Shown here: piece by piece, positions 1 through 9,564 of the stretch | Layout of the letters: each line of letters starts with the position of its first letter | Position numbering within the stretch: the stretch's first letter is position 1 | Assembly (NCBI GenBank): GCA_944383975.1 | Contig: CALWRN010000049.1 | Location: 4,635-68,634, forward strand | Length of the DNA: 64,000 bases | Source of the DNA: an uncultured Clostridia bacterium | GTDB lineage: Bacteria; Bacillota; Clostridia; Christensenellales; UBA1242 | Direction: 5' to 3' | Notes under the pieces: model-generated | Seen by the model: the letters and a program-made list of their open reading frames with translations, nothing else | Database searches by the model: none | Told to the model about the DNA's origin: nothing | Position numbers and translations under genes: made by a program

Positions 1-64
1 TGGCGATAAGGGAACTCCTATTGTATTAATTACCGGCTATTTTAATAACTATGCTGATGACTAG
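1..64 (+). CDS. 3' end of an unidentified CDS entering from upstream of the window
   Basis: Frame 2 is open from the window edge (..GDKGTPIVLITGYFNNYADD) to TAG at 62-64. Too short to identify. Confidence 0.3.
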   Translation, partial: GDKGTPIVLITGYFNNYADD

Positions 65-183
65 AATTACCATTTCAAATTTATAATATCATAGTCATAT
101 AGTTTCTATATAATATATAAAAATGTAATAAAAGTAAATTTTAAATTATATCAATCAAAAAATTAATAATAAAAGTAAAAAAT

Positions 184-217
184 AAAAAAGGTTGTTTTTA
201 TATTCAACCTTTTTTTA
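184..217. terminator. Bidirectional rho-independent terminator between convergent genes
   Basis: aaaaaaGGTTG-tttttatatt-CAACCtttttt hairpin flanked by an A-run and a T-run. Confidence 0.5.
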
Positions 218-222
218 ACTGA

Positions 223-804
223 TTATTTTGGTCTTACACAATCTATAATAATTTTTTCTATATAACTGATGTCATCTTTACATCCATTCTTAATCCACTC
301 ATTTATAATAGCAGTAACTCCATTTAGATAATAATTAATCATATAATTCCCTGTTTTGTCATCTATTCCAAATCTTTTAAATATAGGATTAAAAATATGT
401 TTATTTAAAGAGTTAAAATTTTCAAATGATTTCATAATATTAGATTTATTAACTGCAACCTGATGAATTATTTTATTATCCTTTATAAATTTAAGATAAG
501 GTGTTAAATATTCTGGAGTAATAAATATCAATTCTTCCTTAGGACAATTCTTAATTTTGGCAACAATCTCTTTTGTTTCTTTGTCAAAATAAGTTACAAA
601 CTTTTTATTTATATTTTCAATACACTCTACTAATAAGTCATTAATCGTTTCGTAATGAAGATAAAAGGTTGAGCGATTAACCCCTGCTTTTTTGCAAATT
701 TCTTTTATAGTTATATATTCAAAATCTTTTTTATTGAGCAGTTCAATAAGTGCCTGATTCATTAAAAGAGCAGTATTATAATACTTACTCTCAGATTTAT
801 TCAT
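223..804 (-). CDS. TetR/AcrR family transcriptional regulator
   Basis: 193-aa ORF. N-terminal HTH signature FEYITIKEICKKAGVNRSTFYLHYETINDLL is typical of TetR_N. Confidence 0.85.
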   Translation of the reverse strand: MNKSESKYYNTALLMNQALIELLNKKDFEYITIKEICKKAGVNRSTFYLHYETINDLLVECIENINKKFVTYFDKETKEIVAKIKNCPKEELIFITPEYLTPYLKFIKDNKIIHQVAVNKSNIMKSFENFNSLNKHIFNPIFKRFGIDDKTGNYMINYYLNGVTAIINEWIKNGCKDDISYIEKIIIDCVRPK

Positions 805-821
805 AACACTGCCCTCCTTTA

Positions 822-1175
822 CTATTCCTCATCAGTTATTTCTTTTGCCAATCTCATAATGTCAGAGCCATATTTATTTTTCCCTCTTTCAAGGATTTTC
901 TTGTAAATAGGAAAATTCAAACAACATCCAATAATTCCAACCACTCCTATCACAATTCCTGCGATGAAAAGTCCAATTCCTGAACCAATAACACTCATTG
1001 CTAAACACATTCCTGTTCCGAGAACCAAAGTGCTTATTATGCCAAATGTATAAGCAAATATATTGGCTGGGGTTTTAACCTTGGCATCTAATTTTTTTAA
1101 TTGTCTTACTTTAGATGTATCCTTCTTTGAATATTCATTTGCAATATGCTCTGCATAAATTTTGTCTGTATTCAT
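822..1175 (-). CDS. Small membrane protein (two predicted TM helices), probably co-transcribed with the TetR gene
   Basis: 117-aa ORF with hydrophobic core FAYTFGIISTLVLGTGMCLAMSVIGSGIGLFIAGIVIGVVGIIGCCL. RBS aaggagg precedes the ATG; 17-bp gap to the TetR gene. Confidence 0.6.
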   Translation of the reverse strand: MNTDKIYAEHIANEYSKKDTSKVRQLKKLDAKVKTPANIFAYTFGIISTLVLGTGMCLAMSVIGSGIGLFIAGIVIGVVGIIGCCLNFPIYKKILERGKNKYGSDIMRLAKEITDEE

Positions 1176-1313
1176 AATTTCCTCCTTTAAAATACGTTTT
1201 TATTATAATATAAAGGATTAAGAAATTGAACGACACAAAAATCAAAAAGTGTTGGATTAAGTTTACATTACATATTATAACATAAAATTACAAACCGATT
1301 GAATTTTTAACAA

Positions 1314-1345
1314 ATAAAAAGGCATTTTATTAAAAATGCCCTTTT
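1314..1345 (-). terminator. Rho-independent terminator downstream of the 231-aa membrane protein gene
   Basis: GGCATTTT-atta-AAAATGCC stem flanked by A5 and T4 runs. Confidence 0.55.
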
Positions 1346-1363
1346 AAAATATTAAATTATATT

Positions 1364-2059
1364 TTAATCATAATAATCGTTGTTACTATCGCTTTGACGC
1401 AAAATATTATTTTTTAATCTTGCATATTCTTCATAATCAATTAACTCATTTTGATATAACATTTTTGCATCCATTAGTTTTCTATGTTTTTGTGAAGCGT
1501 TATCTATTCTATTATAATAAATAACACCATAATCACTTCCTATTCCAACAAAATAGCCTACTAAAGTTAAAATTGTAAAAATTACACCACCAAACAAAAA
1601 TTGTAAAATTGAAAAACCAATTATTGAACCTAAATGTTCAATTAATTCTTCTTTTGAATAATTTGAATATGATTTAATTTTTAATCCAACTAAAATACCT
1701 ATAATGCCGATGATAGGAATTATTATACAGCAAACAATAACTTTTGTTTTTTCTGCATCATAATCATATTTTTGTTGACTTGCAAGTTCTTTTAAACTTT
1801 CGCTTGAAGAAACAAAAACAATACCTATTACAATCATTATAACTATACATGCAACACCAAAAAGAATTGATAGAATTCCTGACCATGTAAACCAATTATT
1901 TTTTGTATGACCATTTTTATATCTATCAAGTGCAGAAGAAGTATATTTATCATCTATGTTTTTATCAATTTCTAAGTCCTCCGGTCTTATTCCTGAATTA
2001 GATGATTCTCTTAATTCTTCTTTTAATTCTTCTTTAAGACTATATTTTTCATTTCCCAT
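1364..2059 (-). CDS. Membrane protein with SHOCT-like C-terminal domain
   Basis: 231-aa ORF with four hydrophobic segments. The C-terminus KMLYQNELIDYEEYARLKNNIL resembles the SHOCT short C-terminal domain. Confidence 0.55.
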   Translation of the reverse strand: MGNEKYSLKEELKEELRESSNSGIRPEDLEIDKNIDDKYTSSALDRYKNGHTKNNWFTWSGILSILFGVACIVIMIVIGIVFVSSSESLKELASQQKYDYDAEKTKVIVCCIIIPIIGIIGILVGLKIKSYSNYSKEELIEHLGSIIGFSILQFLFGGVIFTILTLVGYFVGIGSDYGVIYYNRIDNASQKHRKLMDAKMLYQNELIDYEEYARLKNNILRQSDSNNDYYD

Positions 2060-2101
2060 GATTTATATTATATCATAGATTTGCAAGTTTGTAAAGTCAG
2101 T

Positions 2102-3136
2102 TTATAAAATCTGTCTGTTTCCTCTAAATTTACAAAAATTTGTTAAAACCTCATATTCTGTGCTTTCTATTAAAGGTGCTAATTCTGATGCGTTATCCAT
2201 TATGGTAACTTTATCACCTACTTTACAAGAAATATTTGTTACATCAATCATAAAGGCATCCATGCAGATATTACCAACATTTTTTGTTTCTTTGCCCTTT
2301 ATTTTTACTAAAAGTTTGTTGGAAAGTTTTCTAGGCAATCCATCACCATAACCCAAAGGTATGGTTGCAACTGTCATATCTTCTTGTGCTGTAAAACCAC
2401 ATAAATATCCAACATGCTCTCCTTTATAAACCTTTTGAATATCAACAATCTGACTTTCCACTTTCATAACTGGTTTTACATACTCATTTCCATAACCATA
2501 GCATTCAAGACCTACTCTATACATATCTGTATTAATATCTGAAAAGATACTCCTTCCACCACCAATATGTTTTATAGTTTTCCATTCTTTTGGAAGATAA
2601 GATAAATAATTATAAAAAAGGTCTTTTTGTTTTTGCGTATAGTTTTCATCAGTTGTTAAAGAAGAAAAATGCGTATATATTCCTTCTAATTCTAAATTGT
2701 TTTTTGAAAGCAATTTTATTATTTTTGTCAATTCTTTAACATTCTTAACACCATATCTATTCATTCCTGTATTTAAACATAAATGAAATTTAGGCATCAA
2801 GCCTTTCTTTTTTGCTGTTTTTATAATATTTTTTGCATCATAATATGAAAAAAGAGCAAAAGAAATATCTTTTTCCATACATTTTCCATAATCATCACAA
2901 GCTCCAAAAACTATAACTGTTTTATTTGTTACTTCTCTTATTTCCTCTGCTTCAGACTGGTTTGAAACACCAAAAAAATTTATTTCTTCATTTAAAATAG
3001 AAACAATCTCTTTTGCCCCATGACCATATGCTTCAGCTTTAACCATTACACAAATTTCTTTGTTTTTACCTATTCCCCTTAAAGTCTTTATATTTGAAAT
3101 TAAATTAGATTTATTTATTGAAATTTTTGAAAACAT
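2102..3136 (-). CDS. alr: Alanine racemase
   Basis: 344 aa. PLP-lysine motif VMVKAEAYGHGA and C-terminal GNICMDAFMIDVT match alanine racemase family hallmarks. Confidence 0.9.
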   Translation of the reverse strand: MFSKISINKSNLISNIKTLRGIGKNKEICVMVKAEAYGHGAKEIVSILNEEINFFGVSNQSEAEEIREVTNKTVIVFGACDDYGKCMEKDISFALFSYYDAKNIIKTAKKKGLMPKFHLCLNTGMNRYGVKNVKELTKIIKLLSKNNLELEGIYTHFSSLTTDENYTQKQKDLFYNYLSYLPKEWKTIKHIGGGRSIFSDINTDMYRVGLECYGYGNEYVKPVMKVESQIVDIQKVYKGEHVGYLCGFTAQEDMTVATIPLGYGDGLPRKLSNKLLVKIKGKETKNVGNICMDAFMIDVTNISCKVGDKVTIMDNASELAPLIESTEYEVLTNFCKFRGNRQIL

Positions 3137-3246
3137 ATTAGTTTATATTCTTTTTTTTATATATTTGTGATGAAATTTTCAAAATAAACAAATTAATATG
3201 ATAAAAAAAAACGACATATAATTGTCGCTTTTTTTTGTGCTTAATT

Positions 3247-3564
3247 TTAGCCTATTACTAATGGAACGATAATTCCGGCAATAACTATTAATAAGCAAAT
3301 AATGTATAAAACTTTCCAAACCATTGGTTTTGGTCTTACATATCTCCAAGCAAGGATTGCAACAATAATAATCATAATGGCTGTAGCAACTCCTTGTAAT
3401 GCACTTACAACAGTGGCATTAACATTGCATGCAGATAAAACTAATGCAACAGCATAAAGGAATGTTACTGCAACAATAGTCCAAAATGAAATTTTGTTTA
3501 AACCCCATACAGTTCTTTTAGAAGAACTTGATGAGCTTGAAGATTTTTTCTTTGTGTTTGCCAT
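3247..3564 (-). CDS. Small integral membrane protein with Ser-rich N-terminus
   Basis: 105 aa. KKKSSSSSSSSKR is followed by three hydrophobic helices. RBS aggagg upstream. Confidence 0.55.
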   Translation of the reverse strand: MANTKKKSSSSSSSSKRTVWGLNKISFWTIVAVTFLYAVALVLSACNVNATVVSALQGVATAIMIIIVAILAWRYVRPKPMVWKVLYIICLLIVIAGIIVPLVIG

Positions 3565-3639
3565 TTTTTCCTCCTATTCTTAATTATACAACTATGTTAT
3601 TTTTATGTCAATAATTTATCATTTTTCTATTAAAATTTA

Positions 3640-3876
3640 TCAATTTATTTTAAATTTATTACTATTATCACTTTTCTCTATTAAATTTGTTTGCATCATT
3701 AGTAAAGGTATGTATTCCTCCCACCTATAATCTCTTATAGGCATAGGACGATTATTTTTAAAATATAATACTAATGCTGGTTTTATTCCATTATATTCAT
3801 CAAAAAACTGATAATCTATAAGTTGACCTTCCAGTATTAGTTTTTTAATTTTTGCATGATAATTAAAATATTTCAT
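3640..3876 (-). CDS. Hypothetical protein
   Basis: 78-aa ORF with upstream aaagaggt RBS. No family recognised. Confidence 0.45.
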   Translation of the reverse strand: MKYFNYHAKIKKLILEGQLIDYQFFDEYNGIKPALVLYFKNNRPMPIRDYRWEEYIPLLMMQTNLIEKSDNSNKFKIN

Positions 3877-3933
3877 TAAACCTCTTTATTTTATTTTTTG
3901 CAAATTAGTTTATTTTATTAAATTATTTTTTGT

Positions 3934-4716
3934 TTACCCTAAAGCAACATCTAAAATCATCATAAGAACAAAACCTATAATAAAGCCCCATGTTCCTATA
4001 TTGGTCGGATATGCACTCTTCGCATCTGGAAGCAACTCTTCGGCGACTACAAATAACATCGCCCCTGCTGAAAAAGCCAAGAACCAAGGCATCAAATGCG
4101 AAAGACTGGTTGAAAGCCAAATTCCTATTAAAGCCATCAATGGTTCTACTATTCCACTTAAAGTTCCATATAAAAATGCTTTCTTTTTACTTCCCAGTTC
4201 TTCTTTCATCGGCAAACTTATTGCAGCACCTTCAGGAAAATTTTGAATTCCAATACCAATTGCAAGCCATAGTGCCGAATAAAATGCAGAGGTTTCTGAC
4301 GTTATAAAGGCGTTTCCAAACGCAAGACCTACTGCAAGACCTTCTGGCAAATTATGAAGAGTTACTGCTAAAAATAGTTTTGTAGATTTTTTTAACGTAT
4401 TTTGATTTTCATTTCCATTTTTATTTAACATTTTTGGAAGTAATTTATCCATTAAAACTAAAAACATACACCCTAAAATTATACCTATTGTCGCAGGCAA
4501 AAAACTTAAATTGCCAAGATATTCTGATTGATTGATAGATGGAATTATTAAAGACCATACTGATGCCGCAATCATAAGTCCTGAAGCAAATCCTAAAAAT
4601 AGACTATTAATCTTATCGCTTATATTCTTTTTGAATAAAAAAACAATCGCACTTCCTAAGGTTGTCATTAAAAATATAAAACTTACACCAATTATTGTTA
4701 TCGTAGTATTATTCAC
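3934..4716 (-). CDS. zupT: ZIP family metal (zinc) transporter, ZupT-like
   Basis: Multi-TM protein with the ZIP signature LHNLPEGLAVGLAF and QNFPEGAAIS. The likely start is the GTG at 4716, 5 nt after AGGAG. The ORF-track start at 4740 is an in-frame upstream TTG. Confidence 0.85.
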   Translation of the reverse strand: MNNTTITIIGVSFIFLMTTLGSAIVFLFKKNISDKINSLFLGFASGLMIAASVWSLIIPSINQSEYLGNLSFLPATIGIILGCMFLVLMDKLLPKMLNKNGNENQNTLKKSTKLFLAVTLHNLPEGLAVGLAFGNAFITSETSAFYSALWLAIGIGIQNFPEGAAISLPMKEELGSKKKAFLYGTLSGIVEPLMALIGIWLSTSLSHLMPWFLAFSAGAMLFVVAEELLPDAKSAYPTNIGTWGFIIGFVLMMILDVALG

Positions 4717-4785
4717 TTTTTCTCCTGAGTAAACGCACAAACCCTATTATCAATATAATGAGAAAAAAGTGTTAAAAGTTACAAA

Positions 4786-4818
4786 AATAAAAAGGTTTTT
4801 ATTGCAAAACCTTTTTAT
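4786..4818 (-). terminator. Rho-independent terminator after the helicase gene
   Basis: 9-bp stem AAAGGTTTT/AAAACCTTT with a 6-nt loop, flanked by A and T runs. Confidence 0.6.
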
Positions 4819-4834
4819 TAATAGACTTTTTATT

Positions 4835-7800
4835 TTAATTATTTTTTTCTTCTTCTAGTTTATTCTTATTCAAATTTATTGCTTTAACTATATTAGAAAT
4901 AACTTTATTTTTATTAAGCCACCAATCTCTACTCCAAACCCTCATTATTTTCCAGCCTCTTGAAGCGAGGAATTTGTTTCTATAGACATCTCTTTCTAGT
5001 ATTGAATCACTGCTGTTAAATGCAGCATAATCACATTCAATTCCAAGCAAATATCTATCAAGTTTTTTATCATAAACAGCCAATGATATCTTATAGTTTG
5101 TATTTCCGAGATTTGTTTCAACATCATAACCAAGTTTAACAAGTTCTTCTTTTATATCGTTTTCAAGTTGATTTAAAACAATAACATCATTTGATTGAGG
5201 CAATGCAGGTTTAAAACTATCTAAGATAAAACTTGCCTCTTTATATTTTTTAGTTGAAATTGCTCTAACATATTTTAGATAACTCTTAAATATCTTTGGT
5301 CCAGCATTCTTTGTGCCTTCAACCATTAATTCTTCTGGTTCTATAGATGTAACAACATAAATTTTTTCTTTCGCTCTTGTTATAGCAACATTCAAACGAT
5401 TTTCGCCACCTTCAACTGATAATGGGCCAAAATGAGCAACAACCTTTCCATACTCATTTCTTGCATAGCCTATACTAAATATAATAATATCACGCTCATC
5501 TCCTTGAACATTTTCAAGATTTTTGATAAAGATTGATGTATCCTCTCCATTTTCTTTTCTGTTTTGCTCACGAATATAAGCATCTCTGAATGCTGAATCT
5601 TTTTTACATTCGTTGTCAATAGCATCTTCAATAGCAACTTCTTGTTCTGTATTGAAAGTTATAATTCCTATTGATGATTTATTTTTCTTATTTTTAATAA
5701 GTTTTTTAAGCAATGTTACAATTGCATTTGCTTCCTCTTGGTTTTTACGACCAAGCCACTTCCCATTAACCTTAATTCTTTCTATAGGTTTATTACCTAT
5801 ATTTTTTGAAATATTTGGTGCTATTTGAAGTTTTCCATCATAGAAAGCATAATTTGAGAAGTTTATTAACTCTTCATTTTTACTTCTATAGTGGTAAGTT
5901 AAATTTGTGCTGTTATATCTAGATGTTGCAAGGTCAAGCAAACTTTCAACTTCAAGTGCAGCTGCTGTTGCAAGATCAATATCATCATCATTGTCATTTC
6001 CAAGATATCTTTTCATAAATGTTGCTGTTGGGCGTAATTGTTTAGAGTCCCCTGCAACAACAATATATTTGCCTCTATAAATTGTTGGCAATGTGTTTTC
6101 TATAAATACCTGGCTGGCTTCATCAAACAATATAATATCAAACATGTTCTTTTTCAAAGGGAATATTGTAGAAACACTTTCAGGAGACAAAAGCCAGCAT
6201 GGGAACAATTTTAACAGGTAATCTCCATATAAATCCATCATTTTTCTTATTGGCATAAGACCTTGTTGTTTTGTGATTTGATATAAATAATTCTTATTCT
6301 CTGGATCTTCGTTAAAATGTTCAATATACTCACTTTTAAACTTATCAATACAAATTGAATTTGATATTCGTTTTTCATCTTCTTTCAAAGATAGAATTCT
6401 GTTTCTTATATTTTCAAAATCAATTATTTTTGAAAGTTTATCTTTATATTTCTCTTCATAAGTAACTGTTTCGTGATAAACACGAATTTGCAGTAACTTG
6501 CTTATTATTTCTCTGAATTGTCTTGCACTATTTGAATTAATATAAGCAAAATTTAAAATATCGCGTTCATCATCTGTCAATCCTTGCAAAGACATATTAA
6601 CATCTCTTATTTCAACATAGTCGTTGAGAGCATTTAATAAAAGTTTTAAGAAAACAGTATTTCCATTGATTATATTATCAACAGTCATTAAATACCCTTT
6701 TCTATCAAGCACCTTTTCAAGTAAATTGTAGTTGCTTATATAAGAATGAATATCGTTTAAAGTGCCTTCAAACTTTTCTTGTATTTCTTTTTCCTTCATG
6801 TTTAAATTATGCTTTACAAATGGATATAGTGGGAAAATAACTTTAGACCAGTTTAAAGCAGTATGTAATTTTGGATAATCCATTTTTGAAATCATTTGAA
6901 CCAAAGGTTTTAATTTTGAATTTTCTTCAATATCATTTTCTAGCATATATACCATTAATTGTCTAGCATGCTCATGTTTTGCAGTATCAAATGGTATGAT
7001 TGTTTTTTGAATTAGCCCATTCAAATAGGTTTTCATCTGATTTATAACATGAATATCTACATCTGATTTTATATGATCAATAAGTGGATTATTTTTCTTT
7101 AATTCAATATATCTATAATACAAACTGCTCTTATTTTTTTCTCTTATTATTCTTAAGGTTGAATATAATCTTTTATAATCCATATTCATTAAATCTGGAT
7201 TTTTAAGCATAAGTTTATATAAAGTGTAATCAAAACTATTTTTGCCGATTTTATCTGAGTTTGTATACATCTCTTGCAATGTTAAACCGAAAGGTGTTCT
7301 TGTAAAAAGTGTATCTGATATAACTTGAAGTTCTTCAATTTCTTTATTTATATTTTCTTCAACTTGCTCATATTCACTTTCATTATCCCCTTCTGGCTGT
7401 CTATAATTCTCCATTATAGCCTGATGCATTTTATTACATCTTTCATAAAACTCTACTTTGTTTTTTTCTGCATCTGTGATAAACATACATTTGCTGTTTA
7501 AATTTTTTAATCTGTTAAAAACAACATCAAGTGCAGCCTTCTTCTGAGATACAACCAATACCTTTTTATTTTTACATAAAGCATCAGAAATTATATTAAC
7601 AATGGTTTGTGATTTTCCTGTTCCAGGAGGTCCATAAATAACCATATTCCCATATTGATTTAATTTTGAAATTGCACTCTCTTGTGCATAGTCTAGGTCA
7701 TTGATTGTAAAAACTCTTTCATCTATTTTTTTGATTTTTTTTGCTGGTTTGCTTTCAAGAAGTTGGTCTATTGCGTCTGAAGAAAGACGTTTTTTCTCAA

Positions 7801-8662
7801 GAAGTGAATAATCATTGTATATGGCATTTGCCAAAGGAAATCTTCCTATAACACAAGAATTAATAAGTTTTAAGTCTTCATCTCTATAACTTGGTTCTTG
7901 GATCTTATCAAAACTTATAAGACCATCTTCAAAGCTTTTATCATATTCAAATTTAAAACCATAGGCACTTAGATAGTCAATAACGTCTTGAACATTTTTT
8001 AATTTATAATCAATAAGATTATCAAATTCCATGATTAATCCATCACAATTTAATCTATGCTCTTTTGCATAAGCAAGCATCAAAACTTTGTTAAATTGGA
8101 TAAACTCATCATGTTTAATTTCAATAGATACAGTTGTGTCATCTTCAATATTTATGACAACAGGGAATAGAATTAAAGGTGCTTTTATTTGTAAATCTTT
8201 ATTGACATAGCCGGTTACAAAAGGATAGCCAACAAACATCTCATATCTTCCAGTTTCCTTTGCAAATTCTTCAACTTCCCTTTTTAATGATTTTAATTTT
8301 GTTACCTGTGATGTTAACGCTTTTTTCATCTCTTCTTTTTTCAAGCGTTCTCTTCTTAGATTTTCATTTCTTTTTTCTTCTACACTCAATTTTGCTGTGT
8401 CAACAAAAGATGCTTTAACCTTTTCTTCTAGGTTAAAGTTTTTAAAAAGTTTTTCTTTGATATCTTTGCGAATAAGTGCATAACTGTTTCTTTTTCCCTT
8501 CCATAAAAAAGTATAGAAATCATTAAATTCTTTTTCGTCATTTCCGATTATTGCACCTATATCATATGCATATTTTTTGCTTAAATTTTTAGAATATAAA
8601 CTACGATTTTTACCACTAATTTCTATTAATCTTTCTTTATAATATTTATAAATTGATTTCAT
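4835..8662 (-). CDS. Superfamily 1 (Upf1/DNA2-like) helicase with DUF4011-like N-terminal region and C-terminal PD-(D/E)xK endonuclease-like domain
   Basis: Walker A is VIYGPPGTGKSQT; DEASQ is motif II; late helicase motifs include VQGDERDIIIFS and NVAITRAKEK. The C-terminal LLGIECDYAAF...GWKIMRVWSRDWW resembles the Vsr/DUF559/DUF3320-type REase fold. The likely start is the ATG at 8662 (MKSIYKYY), preceded by GAAGG. The ORF-track start at 8698 is 12 codons upstream. Confidence 0.8.
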   Translation of the reverse strand: MKSIYKYYKERLIEISGKNRSLYSKNLSKKYAYDIGAIIGNDEKEFNDFYTFLWKGKRNSYALIRKDIKEKLFKNFNLEEKVKASFVDTAKLSVEEKRNENLRRERLKKEEMKKALTSQVTKLKSLKREVEEFAKETGRYEMFVGYPFVTGYVNKDLQIKAPLILFPVVINIEDDTTVSIEIKHDEFIQFNKVLMLAYAKEHRLNCDGLIMEFDNLIDYKLKNVQDVIDYLSAYGFKFEYDKSFEDGLISFDKIQEPSYRDEDLKLINSCVIGRFPLANAIYNDYSLLEKKRLSSDAIDQLLESKPAKKIKKIDERVFTINDLDYAQESAISKLNQYGNMVIYGPPGTGKSQTIVNIISDALCKNKKVLVVSQKKAALDVVFNRLKNLNSKCMFITDAEKNKVEFYERCNKMHQAIMENYRQPEGDNESEYEQVEENINKEIEELQVISDTLFTRTPFGLTLQEMYTNSDKIGKNSFDYTLYKLMLKNPDLMNMDYKRLYSTLRIIREKNKSSLYYRYIELKKNNPLIDHIKSDVDIHVINQMKTYLNGLIQKTIIPFDTAKHEHARQLMVYMLENDIEENSKLKPLVQMISKMDYPKLHTALNWSKVIFPLYPFVKHNLNMKEKEIQEKFEGTLNDIHSYISNYNLLEKVLDRKGYLMTVDNIINGNTVFLKLLLNALNDYVEIRDVNMSLQGLTDDERDILNFAYINSNSARQFREIISKLLQIRVYHETVTYEEKYKDKLSKIIDFENIRNRILSLKEDEKRISNSICIDKFKSEYIEHFNEDPENKNYLYQITKQQGLMPIRKMMDLYGDYLLKLFPCWLLSPESVSTIFPLKKNMFDIILFDEASQVFIENTLPTIYRGKYIVVAGDSKQLRPTATFMKRYLGNDNDDDIDLATAAALEVESLLDLATSRYNSTNLTYHYRSKNEELINFSNYAFYDGKLQIAPNISKNIGNKPIERIKVNGKWLGRKNQEEANAIVTLLKKLIKNKKNKSSIGIITFNTEQEVAIEDAIDNECKKDSAFRDAYIREQNRKENGEDTSIFIKNLENVQGDERDIIIFSIGYARNEYGKVVAHFGPLSVEGGENRLNVAITRAKEKIYVVTSIEPEELMVEGTKNAGPKIFKSYLKYVRAISTKKYKEASFILDSFKPALPQSNDVIVLNQLENDIKEELVKLGYDVETNLGNTNYKISLAVYDKKLDRYLLGIECDYAAFNSSDSILERDVYRNKFLASRGWKIMRVWSRDWWLNKNKVISNIVKAINLNKNKLEEEKNN

Positions 8663-8777
8663 TCCAACCTTCTTTTTTTTACCCTTATAGTGTAACAAAA
8701 ATTACTTGATTTTTCAAGTATTATTTTATTTATTTATTTTTCAAAAAAATGAAAATATATAGTTTTAAAATAACAAT

Positions 8778-9365
8778 TTATGAAATAAAATTTTTAATAA
8801 AACTATTTCTATGTATAGGACACTTTCCATATAATTTTAATGCCTCAATATGTTCTTTTGTTCCATAACCTTTGTGTTTTGCAAAATTATATTGTGGATA
8901 TTTCTTAGATAATTCTACCATCAATCTATCTCTATAAACTTTGGCAAGTATAGATGCTGATGCTATATTGTAACTTAACGCATCACCCTTGATAATATTT
9001 TCTTGCCTTATATCACTTTCTATTTTTACTGCATCTATAAGAACAATATCTGGCTTTATTTTCAAGTTTTCTAAAGCCTTTTTCATCCCCAATTTTGTTG
9101 CGTTTAAAATGTTTATTTCATCTATAATTTTTTCATCAATTTCTACAATTGAATAATCTAAAGCCGTTTTTAAAATTTGATCATATAACTTTTCTCTTTT
9201 AGAAGGCGACAACTTTTTACTGTCATTTATGCCTTCAATAATTTTATCTTTTTCAAGTGGCATTATTACGCAGGCACAAACAACCGGTCCGGCAAGGGGT
9301 CCTCTCCCTGCCTCATCAATTCCTGCAACTATCATGTTTTTATATTTTCTTTCGTAATCTAACAT
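8778..9365 (-). CDS. rnhB: Ribonuclease HII
   Basis: 195 aa. The active-site region GIDEAGRGPLAGPVV and overall length are typical of RNase HII. Confidence 0.92.
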   Translation of the reverse strand: MLDYERKYKNMIVAGIDEAGRGPLAGPVVCACVIMPLEKDKIIEGINDSKKLSPSKREKLYDQILKTALDYSIVEIDEKIIDEINILNATKLGMKKALENLKIKPDIVLIDAVKIESDIRQENIIKGDALSYNIASASILAKVYRDRLMVELSKKYPQYNFAKHKGYGTKEHIEALKLYGKCPIHRNSFIKNFIS

Positions 9366-9564
9366 TATTTTTCTCCAACAATAATTTTAACATTAAATAA
9401 TTATTTTTCAAAATTAAAATTATTTTATTAAAAATAATATTAATATTTTTGAATTATTAATATTTAAATTATTATTATTAAAATTATAAATTAAAATATA
9501 AGTTGTAATAAATAAATTTGTATGTTAAAATAAATTAAAGAATATATAGTTTTAAAGGAAAAAT

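Noticed and set aside
3923-4732. Several 60-105-aa ORFs overlapping the ZIP transporter gene in other frames or on the other strand (3923..4120, 3990..4307, 4001..4246, 4532..4732). Similar ORFs lie inside alr, the helicase, the dGTPase-like gene, cls, the giant ORF, uvrA, uvrB and others.
   Set aside because: They lie wholly inside well-supported longer genes, lack RBSs, and have low-complexity hydrophobic or odd composition typical of shadow ORFs in AT-rich DNA.
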